Part shown: one piece after another, positions 49,667 through 62,061 of the stretch
Numbering within the stretch: position 1 is the stretch's first letter
Layout: the number at the start of each line of letters is the position of its first letter
Origin: Entomortierella parvispora E1425
Taxonomy: Eukaryota > Fungi > Mortierellomycota
DNA length: 64,000 nt
Direction of reading: 5' to 3'
Assembly: GCA_020891255.1 (NCBI GenBank)
Contig: BQFW01000007.1
Coordinates: forward strand, 434,001 to 498,000
Position numbers and translations under genes: made by a program
The notes under the pieces: model-generated
Seen by the model: only the letters and a program-made list of their open reading frames with translations
The model's database searches: none
What the model was told of the DNA's origin: nothing

Positions 49667-51169
49667 CTAAAACACCCTCGAGAGAACAGCCAGAATAGCA
49701 CTGCGGACAAGTGCGACTTCGAATCCCTTGTAAAGGCTTCTCCATCCTTCTTCGCTCTGGCCCTCCTTCTTCATAGCAATCTTGACGGCGGCATCATACG
49801 AGTTCAAGTATCGTCCCTTATGAGCAATCATTCGACGATGGCCAATGGTGCCCAGAGGGTAGACCACAAACTGGATCAAGGAACTTGACATGAACACCAG
49901 CATGAACCCACAAAGACCTCCGACGAACCCTCCTCGAGAGAGTGCACTTCCTGGACGTGTCAGCAATGGCGTCAAAATCCTTGAGAGTGTCATGTAACCC
50001 AGGCGAGAAATCAAAGTACCCAGGAGCATGGGTGTGAATCCCTTGTAGAGACCCCTGTATCCTTCAGAAGCAAGGATATCATTCAGTGCATCACGCATCT
50101 TGTGGAACTTGTAGGCAAGCTCGTATTCATACTCGACAAGAACAGGGGATGTCGATGAAGCGGTAACTGGGGCAGCTGGTATCGTTGCAAGAGCCTGTTG
50201 CTGCTCTTCCTGATGATCCTCATGTGGCTCTGTGGATGCGATTGAGGTGGCATAGGGAACTGCCTCGATTTCTTGGAAAGGACTGCTGGTGCTCTCTCTG
50301 TCGATCAAGACACCAGACCCATGCTGATCTTCGTCCTCGTTCGTTTCTTGTTGGAGTGTGGCGGTACTGGATGCAAGAGTTCCTGCAGATGTCGAGGTGG
50401 CGAGTGTGGTGGACTGAATAGTGCTGCTGACACTAGTTTTCTTCACGCGCTTGACTCGTCGTACCAAATCCGTCGCCATCTTGGCCTGCAAGACTGCAAA
50501 TGGATAGACTGCCAAAAGAGCCAGACCACTCACGGCGGTGCCATGCAACGCTGTTGAGAACAGGACCAAAGACGATCCATGACCAAGACCTCCATGGCTA
50601 GCTCTGAAGTCCAGAAACCTCGACCGCTGCAACACGTACTCAATCTTTGTTAAAGCCAAAGACCCAAGGAATTCAAGCGAGTATCCGCGCCAGAGGGAGA
50701 GAGGCCCTTCCTTCTCGACCAATCGTTGGAAACAATCCTGCATGTCTGTGAAGGGAAGCTGCGCATAAGGGACCAGGATTGATCTTGGCTCTTCATCCTC
50801 CTCTTCTTCCTCTTCCTCCTCCTCATCTTTTTTGTCTTTGATATCACTGTCCTTGTCGCCGTCGATGGCTTCGAGTCCTTTTTCTGACACATCTTTTTGC
50901 TTCAGGGGCCTTGTTTTTGATGGAGGCTGTGCGTGGGAAGATGTAGAGTCGGCTGAGTGTTGCTGATGGTGCTGTTGTTGGTGGTGATAGAGCGCCAAGG
51001 ACTCTTCACGAAGATTAAGGATGATTTCGTCTTGAGATTGAAGAAGAAGCTTGACACGTTCTGTGGGGGCAGTCAAGGCGTTTAGGAGAAGAGGAACGAC
51101 AATCCGGCCAAGACCGAGGGACCCGGGGTTGTGAGAGTGGTGGTGGTAGTGGTGATGTGTTCGGGGCAT
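49667..51169 (-). CDS. Highly divergent mitochondrial carrier family protein (ADP/ATP-carrier-like)
   Basis: TAPTERVKLLLQSQDE, DCFQRLVEKEGPLSLWRG, DILASEGYRGLYKGF, VYPLGTIGHRRM and EGWRSLYKG. Three carrier repeats with low-complexity insertions. ATG 51169. Confidence 0.8.
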   Translation of the reverse strand: MPRTHHHYHHHSHNPGSLGLGRIVVPLLLNALTAPTERVKLLLQSQDEIILNLREESLALYHHQQQHHQQHSADSTSSHAQPPSKTRPLKQKDVSEKGLEAIDGDKDSDIKDKKDEEEEEEEEEDEEPRSILVPYAQLPFTDMQDCFQRLVEKEGPLSLWRGYSLEFLGSLALTKIEYVLQRSRFLDFRASHGGLGHGSSLVLFSTALHGTAVSGLALLAVYPFAVLQAKMATDLVRRVKRVKKTSVSSTIQSTTLATSTSAGTLASSTATLQQETNEDEDQHGSGVLIDRESTSSPFQEIEAVPYATSIASTEPHEDHQEEQQQALATIPAAPVTASSTSPVLVEYEYELAYKFHKMRDALNDILASEGYRGLYKGFTPMLLGTLISRLGYMTLSRILTPLLTRPGSALSRGGFVGGLCGFMLVFMSSSLIQFVVYPLGTIGHRRMIAHKGRYLNSYDAAVKIAMKKEGQSEEGWRSLYKGFEVALVRSAILAVLSRVF

Positions 51170-52113
51170 GGCTGCTGTGTTGTTGTTGTTCCTGTCGTTG
51201 CAGTAGAGTGTGTATTCGTGAAGGGGGCAGGTGTAAGCGTGAGGAAAGCGGAGCTTGATGGATGGCAGAGAGTTGAAGTTGGTTGACAACGAAGGTGGGC
51301 GGCCGACGGTCTTTATGGCCCTTCGCCATCGATCCAAAAAGGAAAAAAGGCAAAAAAAAAGGTCACGTGAGAAAAGGCGAAATCGACTTTCTTGGCTGGG
51401 GCCAAGATACGCGTGGAAAAGGAATTTTTTTTCCTCTTCAGTCAAAGATCTCGGACCAGCTTAATCGGACCTGGTTCGCTCCAAACAGCAGAGCCCTTGT
51501 TTCTATCAGTTTCCAAAAGCAGTATTGGTATATGACCAATGACGTTTGTCATGGCGACGAGTGGGAAGAGTGAAGGGATCTGCGAGTTGGTCGATAACAA
51601 AAGACTACAAAGAAACAAGGAAGGAAGGGGGAGAGGACTTCTGCAGCCACGTCTGGAGTGCTTACTATCACATCCCAACATACCCACGACCGACCCATAA
51701 GAAACTGTTTGTCCGCGACAACGGCAAGCCTTAATCTCTAATTATCTTCAACAGATTCCTGCAAAAAGCAATCAATAACACCGCCCTTTTGCCTTGACAA
51801 CTCTCAAATGCGCCATTCTTGATGAGAATTAACCCAACAACTCGCCTTTAGGGCCATCAGTGGGAAGGGTAATTCTAGAAGAACGAAAAAAAAGGAAAGG
51901 CCCCATTGATGGCAGGATGACTCCTCTCTGATTTCCAACGGAAAAACAACGGTCAACAACAGTTTTTTCTGCATCTCTTGTCATTTTCATCAATCTTCCC
52001 TTCACTTCCACTTCACTTTTCTCTTTATCCAGCTCTGTGCACCTTCTCGTTCCAATTGTCCTTGCTCGACACCACTCGCATCTCAAGTGTTTGAATCTCA
52101 CATCTTAGTGGAG

Positions 52114-52210
52114 ATGCCCTCATCGCCTCTGGTTCTGGCTCACCCAACTTTGGACTTTAACGGTTCTCATACGAATACAGCTTCTGCCGATGTGGATTTT
52201 GAAGAACAGG

Positions 52211-52241
<31 letters not shown>

Positions 52242-54655
52242 GCAACTGAAAGGAGACCAAGAATTGGAACTCATGCTTTTGACATCCCATATCTACAACA
52301 ATGGCCGGGGATGTCTCATACCCTTACTAGACCAATTCTATCGCAAGCCGGAAGAGAAACTCGGGAAAGGTAGAGCGGAAAACAAGATCTTTGCCTTCGG
52401 ACTCCTTTTCTTCCTCCACACCCTCCTCCACTGCGGCCTCAAGACCGTCCTCTCCACCTCTGGGGTTGAATGAAGGAGGGATTCCTTCATCTTCCAAGCC
52501 TCATACAGCCGTCAATACACAGGATCCATCCATTCGACGATCTGCTAGAGTTTCTGTCACACGTCGTGTCCGCGCTTTGATCCAAAGTCAATCGAGGTCT
52601 CTTGGGGACGACAACAACGACCACTATGACGCCGATGAAAGCGGTCTGGACGTCAAGGCTGCCTTCAAAAAAGGCAATCAAGTCCAGACAGGTCTGAAAA
52701 GGAACGCTGCCGTTATTCCTTCTGGAAACAAGCGAGAAAGAAAGCGATCTCGGACTTTCAAGGTGACTTCTCAAATATCGACCGTGACAACGGCAGGCAC
52801 TGAAGGCATGATCATGAGGGGACGGACAAAGTTGGTTGGCGTCCACATGGTGACTTCTTTGCCACTCAATCGTTCTCCAACAATGGATACTCTCCCCCGC
52901 CATAACAAGAGAAGAATCCAGTCAGAGTCCAGAACACGAGCTCGACTGCCATCCTCCTTCAAGAAGGCAAAGAACGTAGCCCAGAGTGAGGGCAGTGAGG
53001 ACGGAAGCTTGGTTGCTCGTGGAAAGGCCACTCGATGGACTCCAGAAGAGGACGAGGCATTGTTCGAAGGTGTCTCTCTCTACCTCAAGAGTAAGGGTCT
53101 GCAGGTGCATCCACCATCGCATCTGCCCGCCGAGATGGATGTTCAGGTCTTGCAAGCTTCGTCGTTATCGAGAGCGGACAGGGACGCCCAGACCGCAGCG
53201 GACTGTCTTGGGCACCGCCCCCAGCCATTCCCTCGATCGCTCTCAGTTTCGTCGTTCTCGTCTCTACGATCGTCCTCTAACTCCCCCTTCGCCCTGTCGC
53301 CTCCAGCTGGGCTTCATCCGCGCCTTGCATCTGCGGCTTTCGTGGCATCTGCTGCCTCCACTGGGTCAAGAGAGTCACGCGACAGTGACCGCAGCCTATT
53401 GAACTATAGCAGCAATGAGTTCGCTAGCTCGTCCTCATCTCCATCCTCCCTCTCTTCGTCATCATCAGTCTGCACCGGCTCAACTCTGACTTCTGACATC
53501 AATCATACTCTGGCTCGGGTCCACCTCGGAAATAGCTCTTTCGAAGATGATCTCGAAAAGGAAAGAGGCCTCAAAGACGAAGGATTCCAGGATGAAGATG
53601 ACGATGATGCTATGGATCTTTTCAATCGATTTGTTGATTCTTCCTCATCGCCGCAGCCCACCCAGATCAACCAACAGCCTTTCCCCTTGCCCACAATGCG
53701 TCTTCCGTCAAGCTTCAGCACCCGCCAAGAACCGATTGCCGTCTCCCAACCCTCTGCCCAGTTACAGACTCACCTGGGGCAATCAACGGCCGCTCAAGGA
53801 AGTGTGGCCATGAATTGGGCTTGGGAGGGGTCTTCAAACCAGATATCTCCCTTCCAGGCTCACTTGACAGCACTTCTTGCTGGCAGTAGTGGATCTACAT
53901 CGGGGATGACAGCTCCATTAACTCTTCCTTATGGCGACGAGTTTTCAGTGAGTAACCTCCGTTTAAACAACCGCAGTTCTTACCAATTACCTCGTGAGAG
54001 TCTCCGTCCCTTGACACCCGGCGAAATCCTCGCCGCAGAAAGCAGCTCCAGTTCGCCATCCAGCTCCGATTCATCCTCGTCGTCCCCTCGTAGTTTCTTT
54101 CATATCGGCCGAGGCAGCAGAGCCTGGCAAGAGCAGATGCTTACCTCAATGGCAATGGATGGTCCCCCCACAAACATACTGGAAAGAGGACGTGACCGTG
54201 ATAACACCCAGCCCACTCAAAAATCTCAAAACAGTAATGACAACAATGTCGAACCCGATAATGAGAACGTACTTACTCAAGAATCCTACGCGCTCGCCGT
54301 CTCTAGAGCCCTCTCTCATTGTCCTTGGTCCAGCGTTGTACAGGCTACCCCTCGACTGGCGGGCATCCGAACGGGTGTCCAAGCGCAAGCCCGGTGGTCC
54401 GAAGCTCTGGACCCCCAGGTCCTGAAGGGGCCCTGGACTGAGGCTGAGGATCAACTGCTGATGCAAAGGGTGGAGCAGTTTGCAAAATGTTGGATCTGGA
54501 TCGCAGACGGCATCCCTGGCAGAACCCAACGGCAGTGTCGGACTCGTTGGGTTCAAATCCAGACGCGTCTCGATCGAGAAAAGGCCGCGTCCATCACAGT
54601 GCCGGCGGCCAGGGCAGTAAAAGCTGAGAAAAGGCTCAGAGGGAGCGGGAACTGA
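52114..54655 (+). CDS. Myb/SANT-repeat transcription factor, 2 exons
   Basis: Exon 1 is 52114-52209 and the intron is 52210-52330. Motifs RWTPEEDEAL, RTGVQAQARWSEALDP and KGPWTEAEDQLL...WIWIADGIPGRTQRQCRTRW. Confidence 0.85.
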
Positions 54656-54956
54656 GAATCGGCGTCGAGCTTACTTGCATACTTCGACATGAAAAAAACA
54701 GTCATTCAGCACCACATAGTTGGCAACAAACAAACAAGAAAGAAAAAAAAAGGCCATTTCGAGGCCATCGTACATCTCTCCTTTGGAACAATAAAAAATC
54801 AGTATGTTCAGAAACATTAACATCTCTCGCTCAACAAGTTGCTTGCAAAAATATTATTTGTCTATGGTACACAATGGGGTAGGGGTAGTAAAGCTAGGGT
54901 AATAAAAGAAAGGTAACTACGCGGTCCGTCAAAGATTCGCAGACAAAAAAAATCGA

Positions 54957-57900
54957 TCAACGGCCTCCGTGGGCCTTGATCTTGAGCATGTTCTTCATGG
55001 AACTCCAGCGCTGGCCACTGTTTTTGCCAGCGCTGTTTCTGTTGCTGTTGCTGATGCCATTTTCCCTACTGTAGTTTGGGTGATTTCCAGTTTGGGGATA
55101 CATGGACGGGATCTGAGGAAGAGGTGCGCTGATAGCACCACCATTCAGATGACCACGAGGTGGTTGTTGACTCTGATACTGGTTTTGGCTCTGGTTAGGG
55201 CTTGGGTAGGGAAACTGTGAATCCTGATAGGGGATTCCTCCATTTCCACTGCTGACACGTCTAGAGCTGGACCGAGACAAAGTTCTAAAGCCCATATCAA
55301 CATACGCCGGGGGGTCACGCTCATATAGAGTGTTGCCGTTTGAATCGAATCCCCTGTCCTTTGGTGGATGCGCCTGCTCCGGTAGCAAAGGAAGAGGTCG
55401 ATGCTGATGCTGGCTTTGGTATGCCTGATTATAGCCAGATCCAGCGCTTGAGCCAATTAGATCGGGACTGGACATTGAGTGTGTTTTTGATACAAAATTC
55501 GGCCCTGCTCTAGTTTGTCTCGCAGACGGCACAGCGGCGATTCCAGGAGATGTTGGTGGGGATAGCAACCGTGGCTGATCATCCGTTTGCGACAAAAGAT
55601 AAGTTGCAGGCTGCGGCATGAATCCGTTGCTTCCTGGCGAGGACGGAGGAGAGAGCGGGTGCTGATGACTGTATCCGTTTGGAGTCTTTGCCTTTTGCTG
55701 TTGAGGTTCAGGTAAAGGAAAAAGAGGAGGAAGAACGGGTGCAGAGCTGAATTTCATACTGGATTCTGATCCGTTCGTAGAGGCTCCTGCTCGATTAGGG
55801 GAGCGTGGAGGCGAGGCTGGGGGTTGATTCGAATTGTTGAACATGGGCAAGATTGAAAGCTGCCTTGGAGCCTGTGGTGAGTTTCTTGAATTTGAAGACT
55901 GGGATCCTGATGCCGAAGAAGACAAAGACGATGGTAATGGCGATGCAAACGGATTGGCAGAAGACGATCGTGTCAATGTACCCTGCGAGTTTCCTTGACT
56001 TGACTTCAGGACGTTATCACTGCTGAGATTTCGTTGAAGCGCCATGGGTCCTCCACCATTGTTGTCTGGCCCGGATCCTTTTGCGCTTGGAAGTGATGAT
56101 GTCCTTCGCGAGTATGAAGGTGAACCTTGCCGCGATGTTGCAGAGTCTGACCCATTACTGTTGAATCCAGCCGCAAACTGGCCACCTGAGAACGAGGCTG
56201 TTGAAACAGGACGCGAGGGTGGACTGGTTTTAAACTTGTTATTCTCACCAAGGTTGTTGTTGTAGCTCTCATGGCGAGTGACCATCGGTCGAGCTTTACT
56301 CCCTCCTGCCATGCCGTTGGATCCGTTAGCAGCTGTGGTGGATTGTGCAGAGTGTACCAAGGATGATCGCCTTCCTGGTACCAGAGTTTTTCTAGGCAAC
56401 GCAGGCGGCACAGGCGACGATGAGCCGTTTGTCGCGACGGGGAGAGCAGGCGGGGATTTTGAAATGTTGGACTGGCTCCTGTTTCCGACTTCACCATTTG
56501 AGGAAACACCATTGATGCCACTGTTGATTCCTTGACCAGATTCTTGAAGATCCTTACTGGGCTGTGGGTGTGGCGATCCATGACTGGATCCATTTGGTGA
56601 GCTGTCAGGTTTGGATCCCGATTCCATGGCCGCTGCGTCAAGTGGGACTCTTGAGGCTCTCTTGGACCTAGGGCTAGATCCCAAGATAGGGCTACCTAAA
56701 GATGATGAAGTTGAAGGCGATGACATGGACGCAAGATTCGAGGTCACTGCCATGGGTGAGGAAGAAACAATCGACCGTCTCTTGGCCGCGGCTGCCACGG
56801 CTGCTGAAGGGACCGGGCCATTCCCGCTTCCTGCTCCAGGTGTAGTCAGCGTAAAAAGTGAGTCCTCCGTCAGGGATAACCCTACAGACCAGTCCACATC
56901 AAAAACTGCAGAGAGATAGTTGTTGAGTGACTGGGGTAGCTCTACGGATTTGGGTCTTGGCAATGACTCCTTTCCAACTCGTGGGATGACTTGAGGCAGT
57001 CCATGAGAAGGAGCCAAGAGTGGCGATTTCTGGCCAGATCCTGGGATGCCTGCCGAAGAGAGTAAAGGTGACTTGGGTTTGGTTGATGAAGAGACCGCAG
57101 CTGGGGCTGAGGCCGAGGCTGAGGTCTTGGATCCGGACGACGCAGGAGAGGGGGTATAGGGTGTCCGAGATGATGGAGCGCTTGGAATAGGGAGAGGAGG
57201 AAGAGGGGGAGAGAGTGCCGCGGCTGCCGCTACTTCTGCTGGTGTCACTTTAGTTGTTTTTGCAGCTTTGTTCTGAGGAGTGGCGAGATTAGGAGTCGAC
57301 AGAGCAAAAGCCGGGTTCCTGGCTGTATACGATGGCGCCTGTGGCAAGGAAGATAACGAGGCTGAGGCCTTCTTGGCGACCTATGGATACAGAAAAAGGA
57401 AGGTTGGGATCTGTCTGCGACTTGGTGGCGAAACGCGCTGCTCTCCACGTGACACTTACCGTGATGTGAACATATCCGCCTTCAAGGTCGTCGTCGCTGT
57501 CGCTGTCGTCCTCGTTGTCGCGCGCGAGATGTCGGCCAGGTGCACCATGTGAACCGACATTGTCATCATCTTGCTCGTCATCATCCGCATCAGCATCGTC
57601 ATCATCCTCTGCCAGTCCAGCCGCACTCAGTGTCCGCTCCATCCACCCATTCTGTTCGTCTTCGCCCAAAAGAAGCTCTCCCGACGTGTCTTGGCCTTCT
57701 TCAAAATAACCTCCGTCGTCTGAGACCTGTAAATTCTGACCGTCATCGTACCAGTTCAGCATAGGATACGTCTCGTACAACAACGTGAGCAGGTTCTTGA
57801 CCAGGATTCTTCGGTGGATCGATAAGGACCGGGAGGAGAAAATGTCATTATTGAGCTTGATATTTGAGATGTTGACAAGCTCCATCGGTGTCCTGGTGGA

Positions 57901-58263
57901 CGATCCCAAGAGAAGGGAGGACGAGGAAAAGGTGGCTTCGGGTTGCCATGGGGCTGCATAGGAGGACGAGGACACGGAAGAAGACGTTGTAGAATAGGCT
58001 GCCGAGGATGAAGTGGATGTAGGTGAGAGGCCTGTGGGTGTCGAGGTATAGAGCGCGTCGGCAGTGGTAGGTATAGCGTTGTAAAAGGAGTTGTAGTCTT
58101 CATCATCTAGGATGGAGAGGGAGGTGGAGGAAGTGGTCCTATTTTCAGACGCGGAAGGGGCCAGCTGGGACTCGTAAAGGAGAGAAGGGGCAGGTGGAGC
58201 AGGCAGGTGAGCCAGGGTTTCGTCAAAGTCCTTGTTCCCTGCGACCTTGACCTGCGGGCTCAT
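54957..58263 (-). CDS. Hypothetical S/P-rich, largely disordered protein with an IER/SERTA-like motif, 2 exons
   Basis: A phase-0 intron (GTAAGT at 57459 to CATAG) fuses ORF 57289-58263 with ORF 54957-57347. The non-disordered islands are ELVNISNIKLNNDIFSSRSLSIHRRILVKNLLTLLY and SLNNYLSAVFDVDWSV. Confidence 0.75.
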
Positions 58264-59480
58264 TGTGAGGAAGTGAGGAAAAGGGCGAGAGGAAAGGGAG
58301 AATGCGGCAAGGGAATGAAGAGATGAATGGGCTGATGATGGGCAAGATGGGATGGAAGGGACAAGACTAGCTGCAGGAAGGGAGACACACGCTGACAGGA
58401 GGCCAGCAGGTGGAGTCGGCGGCCAATTGCTCTCCAGGAACAGAGGGCTGGCAGGGGTGGTTGGCGAACAGTGCTCTCAGTGGACTCTTCTCTCTTCTGT
58501 CACTCAATGCACCTCCAGCAAGTTGTCCGAGGAGGGGAGCGAGGTCGCTCTGTGCCCCTTTCCCGTTTCCATTCCGTGGGGCGTGTGCGCACACTCCACA
58601 ATCCGCAACGGCCTGCGAGCTGTCACGATGGATTGCAATTATTCAACGAAAAAAAACAAACCCGACGAACCAACGAGCAGAGCAGAAATGAACATTGTGC
58701 CCACGGGAGAGAGACCCTTGCCTCAGCGCACACCAAAGAATCCAGTTTGCTTTGCTTTGCACTTTAACCACTCGTGCCTTTCCTCGTAAACAAGGGAGAC
58801 AACGCATTTGGCTCACAGACTCTCTATTGTCAGTATTGTCAGTGCCCTTCCCTGTGAGCAATTTCGATCTCTTTGGTTACTCAGCGTTCCCCCCTCCCGC
58901 CTCTTGGACCAAACCCTGTGCACCATCCCAGGCAGACAGAAAGGCAATTTACTTGGCCAACGAAAAAAATCTTAGCATGGCACCCTTTTTTTTCAATCGG
59001 GCATACGACAGACACAACAAGACAGAACCTGACGCGATAGACGCGTTTTTGTGATGCGCTTGGAAAGCATTGAGGGTTTTTCTGTTTTTCTGCAGCGAGA
59101 CTCTGACGATAGCATCATTCACTTTCCAACACTCGGCAGAGTCGATCAGAACCCACGAAAATGAGCTCATACAACTGTGGCAACCAAAGGTCTTAAAACA
59201 AACCGTTTTTATTTGCGGGGACATGAAGGCATCTAATATACAAAATCAAGCAAAAAGGAAAGAAAGAAAAATGCCCTCGTCCATTTACTCAATGCACACT
59301 TTCACCTTTCAACACCTCAAGGAACTTCAGGTTTTTTGAGCGGTGTTCATGATGGCAGAGTACTGGGGAGAGAAAAGATAACGATTCAGCACGATTGAGC
59401 ATGAGAACCAAGTAAATAATATACAACCGGAAGGTTTTTGTGGAGGATATATGAGAGAGTGAGACGACATTGTGGGTGAG

Positions 59481-59483
<3 letters not shown>

Positions 59484-59522
<39 letters not shown>
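59484..59522 (+). repeat. (AG)n microsatellite
   Basis: About 19 perfect units, intergenic. Confidence 0.9.
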
Positions 59523-59529
<7 letters not shown>

Positions 59530-59938
59530 AGAAAGAGTAATGAGGTAAGTGGCGACATGATAAAAAACAAAACAACAAATAAAGAGATCGATATCATTGG
59601 CATGAACAAAGGCGAGTCTTTGGTGATGATTGACTGACTGTTTGGGGTTGATGACAAAGTGGGAGGGAAGGGTGAGGGGAGGAGCGAAAGTCGACGCTGC
59701 ATGCTGCCGACTGCCACCTTGGCACTAGTCATCCGACGAAAGAGGAGGAGCGACAGAGAAAGAGAGAAAGAAACAAAGATGAGTTTCCTGGTGGAGTATC
59801 CTCTTGGAGCATGTCGATGGAGGAAATGTCGTAAAATACAAAGTAATAAAACAAAAAAGGGTTTGAGCAAAGTGCAACGGATATAAACAAAAAAAGAGGC
59901 GAATCAAGATGAAGTGCTGCAACTGAAGGGGTCCGATT

Positions 59939-62061
59939 TCAAGCGCGATACTTGTGGTGATCGTGCTGGGCAGAGATACGGTTGAGCAAACGAGCTGATT
60001 GCCGCTTGGTCGGGTAACGAGTGTGAACGGACGTGGAGAGAATGCCGGCTTCGGCCCCATCGTCGTCCTCCATATGATTCAGATTCATGACACCCTCCAC
60101 GTCAACGTTCATTGCAGCCATAGGATGATGGTGGTGCAATGCCCCTTTCAACTGTCCTATCGAAGAGTCGGTGCCGGGCAGTAGGCTTAGATCCAGGTTT
60201 AAGTTCAGGTCCGAGAGCGGCTGAAGATGATGAGGCCCGTCCTTGTTAGACTTGTCCCGATGTGGAAGCAAAGGGTGATCATGACCGTCATGGTTGGACG
60301 GTGGTGTCTTTGGCGAGGAAGGAGCGGATTCAGGACCCGAGTCTGACGAGGAGTCCTCGCTAAGACGACGACGCTTATTTCGTCTAACCAGCTCGGCCAA
60401 GTCAGCATCTGTCTCTTCAAACTTTCTGGAGCGACGAGGGCGGGAAGATGGGCCACCTGGATATCTGATCGAGCTCTTCGACCTTCCATCCTTCATATTC
60501 TTGGAGTACATCTTGCGGCTACTCAAAGCTCTCTTGGGGCCTGCAGCTGGACGCTTACGAGGGGAAACTGGTGGGGATCTCAAGGTCATTCTACCTAGAG
60601 ACAAGTCTTCATCCACATCCATAGATGCAGGATCATCGTCCACTCCACCCACATCTGTCGATGATGACCGTTGGTCTCTCTCAGGTGTACGGCGGTCCTC
60701 TTCCAGCTCCGGCACCGCTTCCTCAGACAAAGACTCCGAAGTCTCCATTTGTTCTGTCATCTCCGAGGACGGTGCATGACTTCTCAGATCCTCTCTCTGC
60801 AGGACCACTGTTGCACCTTGCTGACGATGTGGCTCTACTGACTCGGAGGCAGTAGCAGCAGGTACCAAATTTTGATCCGGTTCGATGGAAGTTGGAGTTG
60901 CCTGTGAAGGGAAGTTTCCAGAGAGGGCGTCCATTATCTCTCGGGTCGTCAACGGGACCGTTCGTTGTGAAGACCCCGCAGAGAGTGGGAAAGCAGCGAG
61001 GTTATAGGTCGAAGGGGTATCGTTGGCGTGGCCACTACTGATATCAATCTTGTCCGCCATTGGGGTATTGGAGAGAGCTTCGTCACCTTTTGAGGCGACT
61101 AGGAACGTTGGCGAGGAAATGGAGGCGGCGTTTGTGGAAAGAAGCTGGGACAGCGGTTCGGTTTGACCTGCCGACATTAAGAGTTCGTAGTAAGAAGGCT
61201 GTGGGTTCGAGGAAGCGGCGAGGGGGAGAGACGAGGGTATCAAAAGCGAGGAAGAGGAGGAGGCAGCTGTTGGCGGAAGCAAAGCGGACGCCACCTCGAT
61301 CATCGGACTGCACTGCGAGCCTGCCAGTGCTGGTGAGGACAAGGACGGAAGGGCTGAGGGGGAGGGTATGGGAGGAGGGCAAGAGGAAGACACGCAAGCA
61401 TCCGCGGCGGCTACAACGGGTACCCCCTGGGGATAATCTTCCGAAAAGGATCCGAAGGACATGGAGCCAAGCTGGCCGAGGTTAAACAGGCCCTGCTGGT
61501 CTGTGTCCATCATGGACGCAGCTGCAGCCGAAACCGAAGCTGCAGCGGCACTGTCGGCAGCGTTCTGCGACGCACCCATGGAGAGGAGGAGGTCCAAGGA
61601 CAGACTAGAAGCCAGACTCGAGTCCATGGAATCCTGGTCCCACTGAAAGTCTGGCGCGCCGCTGTCCTGAGCAAAGTGTGCGTACTCGTTTTCAAAAGAG
61701 AAGGCCGACTGGCTGAAGCTGGTGCTGAAAGGGAAGCTGCCAGTGATATCGGCCTGTGAGAGATCGGAGGAGGAAGAGGGCAAAGACGAAGAGGAGGCCA
61801 CCTGGAGGAAGGACTGCATGCGCATACGGTGGAGCATGCTATTTTCGATTCAGAGGAAGCAGCGAGGCAGTTGTTAGTCATCATGGGTCTCATTCTCGCA
61901 AGCGCACAGTTCGGTTGAGGGTGCAGTCCAGTCCAGTTTGGTTACCATGTCAATTGCACCTGTCGCAGCAGTGAGTGAGTCCTTCCGGTGGAGGCACGCT
62001 GCAGCTTGAGAATGCAGAGGCTGGCAAGATGGTCCCTCAGACCGGGGTCAGGATACATCAT
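59939..62061 (-). CDS. Hypothetical S-rich protein with an N-terminal SERTA/IER-like motif, 2 exons
   Basis: Exon 1 is 62061-61946. The phase-2 intron 61945-61839 (GTAACC...CTAAC...ATAG) gives MMYPDPGLRDHLASLCILKLQRASTGRTHSLLRQVQLTCMLHRMR, in frame with the 632-aa ORF. Basic NLS-like segments lie near the C-terminus. Confidence 0.75.
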
